Of a stretch of 64,000 bases of DNA, positions 8,487-17,692 are shown piece after piece; position 1 is the stretch's first letter; each line of letters starts with the position of its first letter. Source of the stretch: Oribacterium sp. GTDB lineage: Bacteria; Bacteroidota; Bacteroidia; Bacteroidales; Bacteroidaceae. The stretch covers positions 2,782 through 66,781 of the forward strand of contig CAVDKC010000003.1 in the NCBI GenBank assembly GCA_963609615.1, in the 5' to 3' direction. Position numbers and translations under genes: made by a program. Below the pieces are notes generated by a model that was given only the letters and a program-made list of their open reading frames with translations, was not told the DNA's origin and did no database searches.

Positions 8487-10505
8487 ATGAACGACATTAA
8501 AGTAATGAATCATGCAGCCGACAACATCCGTATCTTGGCTGCCTCAATGGTAGAAAAGGCAAACTCAGGTCACCCAGGCGGTGCCATGGGTGGTTCTGAT
8601 TTCATCAATGTACTCTTCTCTGAGTATTTGGTATACGATCCAGCAGACCCAACATGGACAGGTCGCGACCGTTTCTTCCTCGATCCAGGCCATATGAGCC
8701 CTATGCTCTATGCGGGTTTGGCAATGCGTGGATTCTTCTCTATGGAAGACCTCAAGCAGTTCCGTCAGTGGGGTTCTGTTACTCCAGGTCACCCAGAACT
8801 AGACTTGCAGCGCGGCATCGAGAACTCATCAGGTCCTCTCGGTCAGGGTCATGCCCTCGCTGCAGGTGCAGCCGTAGCCGAGAAGTTCTTGGAGGCTCGC
8901 CTTGGCTCTACCATGATGCAGCACAAGATTTACGCATACATCTCTGATGGTGCCGTAGAGGAGGAAATCTCACAGGGTGTAGGTCGTATCGCTGGCAACC
9001 TCGGTTTAAACAACCTTATCATGTTCTACGACTCCAACGATATCCAGCTCTCAACAGAGTGTGGTGTTGTTATGACAGAGGACACAGAGTTGAAATACAA
9101 GGCTTGGGGTTGGAACGTCATCAAGATTAATGGTAACGACGTAGCCCAGATCCGTGAGGCACTCGATGCAGCACAGAAAGAACAGGAACGTCCTACCCTC
9201 ATCATCGGCAAGACCATCATGGGTAAGGGTGCCCTCCGTGCAGATGGAACAAGCTACGAAGCTTGTATCAACACCCACGGCGCACCTCTCGGTGGCGATG
9301 CTTACAGCAACACTATCAAGCATCTGGGCGGTAACCCAGAGGATGCTTTCGTTATCTTCGACGACGTAAAGGAACTCTATGCCAAGCGTGCAGAGGAACT
9401 GAAGGGTATCGTAGCAGAGCGCAAGGCAGCTGAGGCAGAGTGGCGCAAAGCTAACCCAGAGAAGGCTGTTCAAATGGACGAGTGGTTCAGCGGAAAGGCT
9501 CCTCAGGTAGACTGGAGTAAGGTGGAACAGAAGGCTGGTTCAGCTACACGTGCCGCCAGTGCAGCATGCCTCAGCGTATTGGCAGAGCAGGTACCTAACA
9601 TGATTTGTGCCTCAGCCGACCTCTCTAACTCAGACAAGACAGATGGTTTCTTGAAGAAGACCAAGAGCATCGTTCGCGGCGACTTCTCCGGCGCATTCTT
9701 CCAGGCTGGTGTGGCAGAGTTGACGATGGCAGATATGTGTATCGGTATGATGCTTCACGGTGGTGTGGTAGCAGCCATGGGTACATTCTTCGTATTCTCC
9801 GACTACATGAAGCCTGCCGTACGTTTGGCAGCCTTGATGCAGATTCCTGTGAAGTTTATCTGGACTCACGATGCCTTCCGCGTAGGCGAAGACGGTCCTA
9901 CCCACGAGCCAGTAGAGCAAGAAGCTCAGATTCGCTTGATGGAGAAGTTGAAGAATCACGCAGGCAAGGACAGCGTACGTGTATTCCGCCCAGCTGATGC
10001 AGACGAGACTACTGTTTGTTGGAAGCTCGCCATGGAGAACGTAGAGACTCCTACTGCACTCATTTTCTCACGTCAGGGCATCGCTAAGTTGCCAGAGGGC
10101 AACGACTACGAGCAGGCAGCCAAAGGTGCTTACATCGTAGCAGGTAGCGACGAGAATCCAGACGTCATCTTGGTAGCATCAGGTTCAGAAGTATCTACTT
10201 TGGAGGCTGGTACAGAGGCTCTTCGTGCCGATGGCATCAAGGTTCGCGTGGTAAGTGCTCCATCCGAGGGCTTGTTCCGTGGTCAGAGCAAGGAGTATCA
10301 GGAGAGCGTATTGCCTAAGGGGGCTAAAATTTTCGGAATGACAGCAGGCCTGCCTGTTACTCTCGAAGGTCTCGTAGGTGCTAACGGCAAGGTTTGGGGT
10401 ATGGAGAGTTTCGGCTTCTCAGCTCCTTACAAGGTACTCGATGAGAAGCTTGGCTACACAGGCGAGAACGTTTACAAGCAGGTAAAGGCTTTCTTGGCAG
10501 AATAA
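8487..10505 (+). CDS. tkt: Transketolase
   Basis: SGHPGGAMG, DRFFLDPGH, GEDGPTHEP; start moved from TTG 8406 to ATG 8487, which follows an AT-rich leader. Confidence 0.96.
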   Translation: MNDIKVMNHAADNIRILAASMVEKANSGHPGGAMGGSDFINVLFSEYLVYDPADPTWTGRDRFFLDPGHMSPMLYAGLAMRGFFSMEDLKQFRQWGSVTPGHPELDLQRGIENSSGPLGQGHALAAGAAVAEKFLEARLGSTMMQHKIYAYISDGAVEEEISQGVGRIAGNLGLNNLIMFYDSNDIQLSTECGVVMTEDTELKYKAWGWNVIKINGNDVAQIREALDAAQKEQERPTLIIGKTIMGKGALRADGTSYEACINTHGAPLGGDAYSNTIKHLGGNPEDAFVIFDDVKELYAKRAEELKGIVAERKAAEAEWRKANPEKAVQMDEWFSGKAPQVDWSKVEQKAGSATRAASAACLSVLAEQVPNMICASADLSNSDKTDGFLKKTKSIVRGDFSGAFFQAGVAELTMADMCIGMMLHGGVVAAMGTFFVFSDYMKPAVRLAALMQIPVKFIWTHDAFRVGEDGPTHEPVEQEAQIRLMEKLKNHAGKDSVRVFRPADADETTVCWKLAMENVETPTALIFSRQGIAKLPEGNDYEQAAKGAYIVAGSDENPDVILVASGSEVSTLEAGTEALRADGIKVRVVSAPSEGLFRGQSKEYQESVLPKGAKIFGMTAGLPVTLEGLVGANGKVWGMESFGFSAPYKVLDEKLGYTGENVYKQVKAFLAE

Positions 10506-10510
10506 TTAAA

Positions 10511-10697
10511 TGAAGAGTGAAGAACGAAGAGTGAAGAATCCAATAGCTTATCTCCTTGGGAGATACTTTGCATTTCTACGTTTCGTTCTCCACTCCTTTT
10601 TATATATTTACTAACCTAGTGAAGAAAAGAAGGCATGACAAGAGCCGAGGCTATAGTATTCGGCGATTTACACTCTTCATTCTTCACGCTAAATTCA
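10511..10697. repeat. Heptamer-built double palindrome (TGAAGAG/TGAAGAA units)
   Basis: TGAAGAG TGAAGAA CGAAGAG TGAAGAA from 10511; TATCTCC-TTG-GGAGATA centre; inverted degenerate arms; second unit about 10619-10687. Confidence 0.82.
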
Positions 10698-10704
10698 ACG
10701 TATT

Positions 10705-11148
10705 ATGGAAGTAAAGACAATAGGTTTGGCTAGCGATCACGCAGGCTATCCAATGAAGCAATTCGTTTTGCAGTATCTAGAGAAGAAAGGCTATTCCGTA
10801 AAGGATTATGGTACATACAGCGACGAGAGTGTAGACTACCCAGACTTTGCACACCCGTTGGCAGAAGGTCTTGAGAGCGGTGATGTTTACCCTGGCATCG
10901 GCATCTGCGGAAGCGGCGAAGGCATGGCAATGACTCTCAACAAGCATCAAGGCGTGCGTGCAGGATTAGTATGGAACAAAGACGTTGCACAACTTATCCG
11001 TCAGCACAACGATGCCAACTGCATTGTTCTACCAGGTCGTTTCATTGACAACAAAACAGCCGAGGCTATCCTCGATGCGTTCTTCTCCGCCACCTTTGAG
11101 GGAGGTCGTCACGAGCGTCGTGTCGAGAAGATTCCAGTACAGCAGTAG
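10705..11148 (+). CDS. rpiB: Ribose-5-phosphate isomerase B
   Basis: SDHAG, DYPDFA, ICGSGEG, HNDAN, FEGGRHERR. Confidence 0.96.
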   Translation: MEVKTIGLASDHAGYPMKQFVLQYLEKKGYSVKDYGTYSDESVDYPDFAHPLAEGLESGDVYPGIGICGSGEGMAMTLNKHQGVRAGLVWNKDVAQLIRQHNDANCIVLPGRFIDNKTAEAILDAFFSATFEGGRHERRVEKIPVQQ

Positions 11149-11151
11149 TCT

Positions 11152-11856
11152 ATGAACAAACAGAGATTAGCAAGCATTCTGCTATGCGGCATATTGAGTT
11201 CCAGTGCTACCTATGCACAGTGTTGTGGAACAACTCAAAAATCTTGCTGCACAGGCGGAAAGATGAATGGATACTACACCCAGTACTATGGTAACACCCC
11301 AGAACTCATCAAGGAGGCAAAGGCATGGTACGAATCGGGCGAATGGCGCAATGGATTCGACAAGGCAGAAGCACATGAAAGCGTTAACCTAGTAGACTTC
11401 TATCTACAATACAAGCAAAATCCCCAACAATGGAAGGCTCTCTTCGACTTCATAGCCAAAACAGACCTGCTCACCATTGCAAAAGGCAAACATCCGATAC
11501 CAGGCACATCGCTCGTGGTAAGCGTAGAAGATAGTCAGAATGAGGCTTTGGAAAAACGTGGAAGCGAAAGTCACAACCACCACATCGACTTCCAGTATGT
11601 AGTAAAGGGTGTAGAGCGATTTGGCGTCATCGACCACTACACGAGTAACCCCAACTCGAAGTACAGACCCGACGTTATACACTACGACTACAAGAAATGT
11701 TGCGCTAAATTTTACGACAGCACACCAGACAAGTTCTTCATCTTCTTCCCTCGCGACTGGCACATCGCCAAAGTGGCAAATGATACAGAAGATCAGAACA
11801 TACGTGTTATCGTCATCAAAGTAGACTACGTAGACAACACTACTAGTTTGCACTAA
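11152..11856 (+). CDS. YhcH/YjgK/YiaL (DUF386) family protein with signal peptide
   Basis: ESHNHHIDFQYVVKGVE and FFIFFPRDWH..K..VIVIKV match the family pattern; N-terminal signal peptide plus Cys-rich extension. Confidence 0.8.
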   Translation: MNKQRLASILLCGILSSSATYAQCCGTTQKSCCTGGKMNGYYTQYYGNTPELIKEAKAWYESGEWRNGFDKAEAHESVNLVDFYLQYKQNPQQWKALFDFIAKTDLLTIAKGKHPIPGTSLVVSVEDSQNEALEKRGSESHNHHIDFQYVVKGVERFGVIDHYTSNPNSKYRPDVIHYDYKKCCAKFYDSTPDKFFIFFPRDWHIAKVANDTEDQNIRVIVIKVDYVDNTTSLH

Positions 11857-11889
11857 TGGCAAACGACATTTAGAAACAAACTGGTCTAA

Positions 11890-11951
11890 AATAAGGATAT
11901 AAAAAAGCTAGCCCCTATTTATTGGGAGGCTAGCTTTTTTATATCCTTATT
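11890..11951. terminator. Bidirectional terminator, 24-bp perfect inverted repeat
   Basis: AATAAGGATATAAAAAAGCTAGCC / GGCTAGCTTTTTTATATCCTTATT between convergent genes. Confidence 0.85.
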
Positions 11952-12833
11952 CTTAGAAGGTTTGCCCAACTTAAAACGATCAAATCCTTCTCCATAAACA
12001 CCGATGACAGCACTTTGGCTCACAAAAGCAGTGGGATCTATCTCGTCGATGAGTCGGAATATCTTTTGCGACTCACGTTGGCGAGCCAACACAAACAGCA
12101 TGTGCACATCCTTCCCGCTATAACAACCATGCCCATCCATCACCGTACAACCTCGGTCTGCCGCCGTATTGATGGCTGCACTAAGTTCCAGATATTTGTC
12201 TGATATGATGAAGAACTGCACCGAACGGCGCAATGCATTAACCACATGGTCTACACAAAGAGACTGGACGAAGAGACACACATAACCGTAAATCACCATT
12301 TCCCAAGAGCGGAGTACCAAATAAGAACTCGTGATGATAAACAAGTCGCATATCATGATAACATGCCCCAACGAGATATTGTAATACTTATTGATCATTG
12401 CCGCCACGGTATCGGAACCACCTGTGGAGCCATTGCATGAGAGTCCTAGCCCTGCGCTACTGCCCATGAAGAACGCCCCTATAACTGTAGCCATGAAGGG
12501 CTGGTCGTGTAAGAGAGGAGTCATCCCCACTGTATGAGTCTCAATGATGCGCGTGGTAAGCGCAAAGATACCTACTCCGTAGATAGTCTTGGCACAAAAC
12601 TTCCATCCCAAGATACGGAAGGCTATCAATAAGAGAAACACATTGAGTGCCAAGTAAGAAACAGATGCAGGAATGCCAAATCCCCAACAAATAATAGAAG
12701 CGATACCGCCTACTCCACCCATCGTAATATGGTTAGGAAGCAAGAAGATGTTGAGTCCGATACTACCCTCTATCATAGCCAAAGCAATGATGATGTAGTC
12801 CCTAAGCTCATGTAATTTTGTTTTTCTCGTCAT
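11919..12833 (-). CDS. YitT-family membrane protein
   Basis: GGVGGIA, GSTGGSD, RGCT..G.GCYSG, IDPTAFV motifs. Confidence 0.9.
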   Translation of the reverse strand: MTRKTKLHELRDYIIIALAMIEGSIGLNIFLLPNHITMGGVGGIASIICWGFGIPASVSYLALNVFLLLIAFRILGWKFCAKTIYGVGIFALTTRIIETHTVGMTPLLHDQPFMATVIGAFFMGSSAGLGLSCNGSTGGSDTVAAMINKYYNISLGHVIMICDLFIITSSYLVLRSWEMVIYGYVCLFVQSLCVDHVVNALRRSVQFFIISDKYLELSAAINTAADRGCTVMDGHGCYSGKDVHMLFVLARQRESQKIFRLIDEIDPTAFVSQSAVIGVYGEGFDRFKLGKPSKNKDIKKLASQ

Positions 12834-12864
12834 AATATTTTGATATATCCTATGTTACAAGGTG

Positions 12865-12996
12865 CAAAGTTACGAGAAAAAACGTAAAATACAAAGCGTA
12901 ATATCCAAAAAGTGATACACTTTCTTAAAAATACACTCCAAAAGGTTTAAAAATGCCCGAAAAACTTGCGATTTACAAAAAATATGATTACATTTG
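12865..12996. promoter_or_regulatory. Divergent Bacteroidota sigma-A promoters (yitT / PRTase-like gene)
   Basis: TAACTTTG on minus (12865-12872) and TACATTTG on plus (12989-12996). Confidence 0.75.
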
Positions 12997-13030
12997 CACG
13001 TATATAGCAACAATATTAATTCTCTAGACT

Positions 13031-13603
13031 ATGGAAGGATATACGAAGAAAGTTCAAGAATGGCCAGTTCTACAAAATGGCATCCATTACACCTGGTTGG
13101 TAGACTACACTGCCTACAACGCCTTTGGTAACTTCGAACTCACCGACAAGGAATGGGAGAAGCGCAACTTGATAACCAATTTCAAGGGAAACTCCGAACT
13201 GACCACAGAGACAGACCACCAACAAGCCCTGAAAGAAGCGATAGAAATGGTTACAGCACTCATCAAGGCTACCTTTGCTGAAGACGCTACCCAACTTACA
13301 CTCGTCTGCATACCTGCCTCCAAGAAGAGCCACACCGAGCGACGTTTCAAAAACTTCAGCGAAGCTGTATGTGCCGCCACTGGTCTGGAGAATGCGTATG
13401 AGCATTTCTCATATACAATTTCCAAAGATGAGGATGAAGCAGACTTTTGCAAGATAGACGAACCCTATTTCGCAGGAAAGAAGGTACTCCTCTTCGACGA
13501 CATTATCTCATCTGGTGGTTCCGTCTGCCGATTCGCAGATAAGCTATCAGCCTTGGGTGCCACCGTCGTGGCTACCATTGGGTTAGGAAAGACTTTGAGA
13601 TAA
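13031..13603 (+). CDS. Type I phosphoribosyltransferase-fold protein (ComF-like)
   Basis: LVCIPAS and PRPP-binding loop KKVLLFDDIISSGGS; own -7 promoter at 12989. Confidence 0.7.
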   Translation: MEGYTKKVQEWPVLQNGIHYTWLVDYTAYNAFGNFELTDKEWEKRNLITNFKGNSELTTETDHQQALKEAIEMVTALIKATFAEDATQLTLVCIPASKKSHTERRFKNFSEAVCAATGLENAYEHFSYTISKDEDEADFCKIDEPYFAGKKVLLFDDIISSGGSVCRFADKLSALGATVVATIGLGKTLR

Positions 13604-13606
13604 GCC

Positions 13607-14539
13607 TCATCTATTGCTACGCAAGTATACCTTAATAGCAAAACATATATAGACCAATAGGATGACGTAGCCTATATAATATAAGGTGGTGACACTAAAA
13701 ACGATATAATCCACGGCGCAGACTCCCACCAAACCTCCCATATAAAGCATTCCATCGCCAAATGAAAGCCGATGGTAAACTTCGTCTATACATGCCAATC
13801 CCAATATGACTATTGCCCATACAGTAGCCAAGAAGAAACCCAAGACATGAGGCACAGCAAATGGATTGAGCGTAGGATGGAAGAAGAAGTGCCGCCAGAT
13901 TTCCGGTTCAAAAGTCTGAATCATCGCATAGATGGTGGCAGAAACAGACACCATCAGTACCAAAGCCGTAGGATAAGGCGAGTCTATATCATTGAAATGC
14001 ACGATTTTGCCATTACTATGAAAAATCTTGCGCAGAAGATAAGCCACCGCTATCAAACAGATAATGACGAGGAATATGAGCAAATGGACATTACTGAAAG
14101 TCATGATAAACTCCGAGATAGGATCATCAGGCACTACCTTCGGCAGCATCTTTGTCTCCCTTGTCCAACCGAATGTATTGTCTTCTGTAGCCAACTGCAC
14201 CCATACGGAGTCTATGGAGTCTTGTGGTACCATCCGTATGTCGGTCACTACCAGCAACCTATTTTTCTTGACGGTAAAAGAGTCTACACTGAGCCCACTC
14301 AGATATTCCTCTGGCTGTTGACTAATGAGCTGAAGCGAATCTCTGAAAACCACAAAGTTAAACTTGTTGGTATAGTGATGGGTAGTGGAGAACGAGATGG
14401 AGTCCAATTGCTTGTCACTATACTCTACCAAGGCCGCATGCTGCAAGTGATTGGCACGGCGATGATAGCAACTACTGAGCATGAATGTCATGACCAGCAA
14501 CAAGACGACCCCAAAATGACTTCTCCACCTCTCCTTCAT
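13607..14539 (-). CDS. Hypothetical lipoprotein with C-terminal membrane helices
   Basis: Lipobox MLSSC, SH3-like WVQLATEDNTFGW, then about 5 hydrophobic segments. Confidence 0.65.
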   Translation of the reverse strand: MKERWRSHFGVVLLLVMTFMLSSCYHRRANHLQHAALVEYSDKQLDSISFSTTHHYTNKFNFVVFRDSLQLISQQPEEYLSGLSVDSFTVKKNRLLVVTDIRMVPQDSIDSVWVQLATEDNTFGWTRETKMLPKVVPDDPISEFIMTFSNVHLLIFLVIICLIAVAYLLRKIFHSNGKIVHFNDIDSPYPTALVLMVSVSATIYAMIQTFEPEIWRHFFFHPTLNPFAVPHVLGFFLATVWAIVILGLACIDEVYHRLSFGDGMLYMGGLVGVCAVDYIVFSVTTLYYIGYVILLVYICFAIKVYLRSNR

Positions 14540-14596
14540 AAGTCTAACTTTTCATTTACCTTTATTATATAAAGTTTTTCATTTTCAACTCGTTAA

Positions 14597-16567
14597 CTAT
14601 TCCGACAAGATGTTCATCTGACACTCCTTGCACTCAAAATTCAAGCGAAATTTTCGTCCATCTCCCAAACGCAGGTAGAGCGGTTCTTTCCATGTAGGTT
14701 TTCTTCCTCCACGCTTTACGCAATAGCCTAGAGAATAACGCAGACAATGGCGGCACTGCATAATAAGCACCTCTCCCTTATCCTTGCTAATCTCAAAGGC
14801 AGGCTTCATATTCTTGAGCCCATGCGTCTTATAGAATTCCTGCGCACTGGCATTGGCGATATTATACAGATAACCCCACTTGGCATACTCTGGCTGCCAA
14901 GCGAATTCTCTCTCGCTCAGTTCTTGCTCACCAGGCCGACTAAAGCCATAAGGAGCATGAAAGACTATTCTATCTATACCATCTACAAGAGAACGCTCAA
15001 GTCGAGCCTCATTAGACTGCTCCAACTTGTCTAACAATTCACGCCGAATGGCAGTCAGCACACTGTTAGGTACGAAATAATTCTCCATCCCGTCATTCAG
15101 TTCGACATCATACGCATAGTATATCGTCTCGCCCAGTTTACCAAGCTGCATCTTCATGTTTTCTCGCTGCAACCGCTTTGCCTGTTCTAAAGGAAATTCC
15201 TTGAATATCTCCACCTCCTTAGATACATAGCCACCTTCCAAGTCAAGTGTAAGCATTACGCTAGCCATAGCCTTGATGCCCCCAGATTGTCCTTGCACCT
15301 CATTTTCTTTGACTGGTTGCAAGGTAAAGATGACAGGTATTTTTCTCTCAGCAGACTTACGAGACAAGATAGCCTCGAAAGCCCTGTCATGATTGCGATA
15401 AAGAGCCATTCCTGGGCGTAGATGCTCTGGCATACGAAAAGGAAAGAGTCGATTGCCTACGGCTCGATTCACCCGAAATCCCTCCAACTCATGCTCATCA
15501 TTCATGAAGCACAGCCCGTCTCCATTCACAAAGCTAGCCACTGTAGCTACATTGAAAGACTGGTTGCCACGTATCTCCTTGACCTTGCCTACATATTCTC
15601 CCATCGCCTTAGGCGTATCAAAGGAAGCTATATCAGGCTGTCTACCATTCAGAAAGTAATTGGTAAATCCACGGTTAAAGGTTTTCTTCAGATTTGGGGT
15701 AAAACCATATTCCACATGTCCCTTGGAGGCGCGTCTGTACCGTCTAGGATTAGCCTTTACGATTTCATCCAACTTACTGCTATACGCAGCCACTACATTC
15801 TTTACATAGTCGATGTCCTTCAGACGCCCTTCTATCTTAAAGGAAGAAGCACCAGCATCAGCCAACTCCTGTAGATGGTCAATCTGGCAGAGGTCTTTGA
15901 GCGAAAGCAAGTATCGCTGATGCTCTATCTCCCTATCATCGGCATCGAGTAAGTCAAACTTCATTCGACAGAACTGGGCACACTCTCCACGATTGGCAGA
16001 ACGACCAAAGCATTTTTCCGAGGCATAGCATACACCCGAATAGCTTACGCAAAGAGCACCATGCACAAAGACCTCTATCTCTCTGTCTGGTATCCTGGCA
16101 TGAATAGCCTTGATTTCTTCCGACGAGAGCTCACGTGCCAGTACGATGCGGCGAAAGCCCAAGGTTGTGAGCCAATAAGCCTTATCGGGCGTGCGCACGT
16201 CGCACTGTGTACTGGAGTGCAGTTCCCTACTCCACAGATGATTCGCCCTGATTTCGTCGAGCACACCCATATCTTGCAACAAGAGTGCATCCACGCCTAT
16301 CTCATCCAACTCTCCTATCATCTTTAAGGTGTCTTCCAACTCCTCGTCGTAGATAATGGTATTCACCGTGACATGTACCTTAGCCCCAAACTGATGAGCA
16401 TAGTCGCAGAGTTGCTTGATGTCGTCAAGCGAATTACCGGCAGCAGCACGTGCGCCAAATCGAGGCGCACCGATATATACAGCATCCGCACCATGGTCGA
16501 TGGCAGCGATGCCACATTCCAGATTCTTGGCTGGAGCCAACAACTCCAAATTCCTTATCTTTTCCAT
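14597..16567 (-). CDS. Peptidase U32 family protein with long C-terminal region (RlhA-like RNA hydroxylase)
   Basis: LELLAPA, GADAVYIG, HGALCVSYSGVC, ANRGECAQFCR, KIEGRLK, FNRGFT. Confidence 0.88.
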   Translation of the reverse strand: MEKIRNLELLAPAKNLECGIAAIDHGADAVYIGAPRFGARAAAGNSLDDIKQLCDYAHQFGAKVHVTVNTIIYDEELEDTLKMIGELDEIGVDALLLQDMGVLDEIRANHLWSRELHSSTQCDVRTPDKAYWLTTLGFRRIVLARELSSEEIKAIHARIPDREIEVFVHGALCVSYSGVCYASEKCFGRSANRGECAQFCRMKFDLLDADDREIEHQRYLLSLKDLCQIDHLQELADAGASSFKIEGRLKDIDYVKNVVAAYSSKLDEIVKANPRRYRRASKGHVEYGFTPNLKKTFNRGFTNYFLNGRQPDIASFDTPKAMGEYVGKVKEIRGNQSFNVATVASFVNGDGLCFMNDEHELEGFRVNRAVGNRLFPFRMPEHLRPGMALYRNHDRAFEAILSRKSAERKIPVIFTLQPVKENEVQGQSGGIKAMASVMLTLDLEGGYVSKEVEIFKEFPLEQAKRLQRENMKMQLGKLGETIYYAYDVELNDGMENYFVPNSVLTAIRRELLDKLEQSNEARLERSLVDGIDRIVFHAPYGFSRPGEQELSEREFAWQPEYAKWGYLYNIANASAQEFYKTHGLKNMKPAFEISKDKGEVLIMQCRHCLRYSLGYCVKRGGRKPTWKEPLYLRLGDGRKFRLNFECKECQMNILSE

Positions 16568-16603
16568 CTTATAGTCTATATTGCTTCCACTTACACTCCT
16601 ATC

Positions 16604-17521
16604 CTACTGAATATCGTCTATATTATAAGGAGTTTCCTGATAGACGTAATAGTTTATCCAGTTGTTATAGAAGAGGTTGGCATGTGCACGCCATGTCACC
16701 ATCGGCTCCTCTGCCGGATCGTCATTGAAATAGTAGTTCTTAGGCAAGTCCACATCGTCACGCTTGCCCATGTCACGCTTATATTCCTTGTCGAGGGTAT
16801 TAGGCGCATACTCCAAATGTCCCGTAACGAAGAACTCACGTCCTCCCCTAGCCATAACAATGCTGACTCCACTCTCTGGCGATTCGGCGATGATGTCAAG
16901 CCCAGGGACTTTCTCGACATCCTCACGACGTACTTCCGTATGGCGACTGTGAGGCATATTGAAGATGCCGTCAAACCCGCGGAAGATAGGCAACGACGGG
17001 TCGAGAGGCTTTTGGTGGAAGATACCAAACATCTTCTTGTCCAACTGATACTTAGGCACCCCATAGAAGTGATAAAGCCCAGCCTGTGCTCCCCAGCAGA
17101 TATACAGTGTAGAAGTGACATGCGTACGAGCCCAGTCGAATATCTCCATGATTTCAGGCCAATATTCCACGTCTTCGTATTCCATGGTTTCGATAGGTGC
17201 TCCTGTCACTATCATTCCGTCAAACTTTTGCTTGGAAAGTTCAGAGAAGTCCTTATAGAACATCATCATGTGTTCTATCGGCGTATTTTTAGGAGTGTGG
17301 CTCTTGAGTTTCATGAAATACACCTCTAGCTGCAATGGAGTATTTGACAACAGGCGCACCAAGTCGGTCTCCGTTGTAATCTTGAGAGGCATCAGGTTGA
17401 GCACACAGATTTTCAGTGGACGAATCTCTTGGCTATGCGCCCTACTCTCGTCCATCACAAATATATTCTCATGTTTCAGCAGCTCGATGGCTGGAAGTTT
17501 ATCCGGTAATCTTAATGGCAT
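16604..17521 (-). CDS. metA: Homoserine O-acyltransferase (MetA family)
   Basis: LNLMP.K..TE, IVTGAP, ICWGAQA, PHSRHT, GHLEY, WRAHAN. Confidence 0.96.
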   Translation of the reverse strand: MPLRLPDKLPAIELLKHENIFVMDESRAHSQEIRPLKICVLNLMPLKITTETDLVRLLSNTPLQLEVYFMKLKSHTPKNTPIEHMMMFYKDFSELSKQKFDGMIVTGAPIETMEYEDVEYWPEIMEIFDWARTHVTSTLYICWGAQAGLYHFYGVPKYQLDKKMFGIFHQKPLDPSLPIFRGFDGIFNMPHSRHTEVRREDVEKVPGLDIIAESPESGVSIVMARGGREFFVTGHLEYAPNTLDKEYKRDMGKRDDVDLPKNYYFNDDPAEEPMVTWRAHANLFYNNWINYYVYQETPYNIDDIQ

Positions 17522-17549
17522 TTATAATTTCCTTTCTTTAATTTGACTG

Positions 17550-17557
17550 CAAAGTTA
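17550..17557 (-). promoter_or_regulatory. -7 promoter box for metA
   Basis: TAACTTTG on the minus strand, 28 nt upstream of the ATG. Confidence 0.75.
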
Positions 17558-17592
17558 CACAAATTCAGCGACTTTAAAGAAAGAATACCCAC

Positions 17593-17630
17593 AAAAAAGG
17601 GTGATGCTAATCTTTTTTAGCATCACCCTT
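17593..17630 (-). terminator. Intrinsic terminator after pepO
   Basis: AAGGGTGATGCTAA / TTAGCATCACCCTT stem followed by a U-tract on the minus strand. Confidence 0.85.
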
Positions 17631-17692
17631 GCAAAAATCCATTGAGTCGGAGGTCAGTCACCCCCAAACATACAGGACCATTAACTTCTTTT

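Noticed and set aside
17522..17549. SAM riboswitch for metA; lysine riboswitch for lysC; His attenuator for hisH
   Set aside because: The leaders are too short (about 20-80 nt), and there is no His-codon leader peptide.
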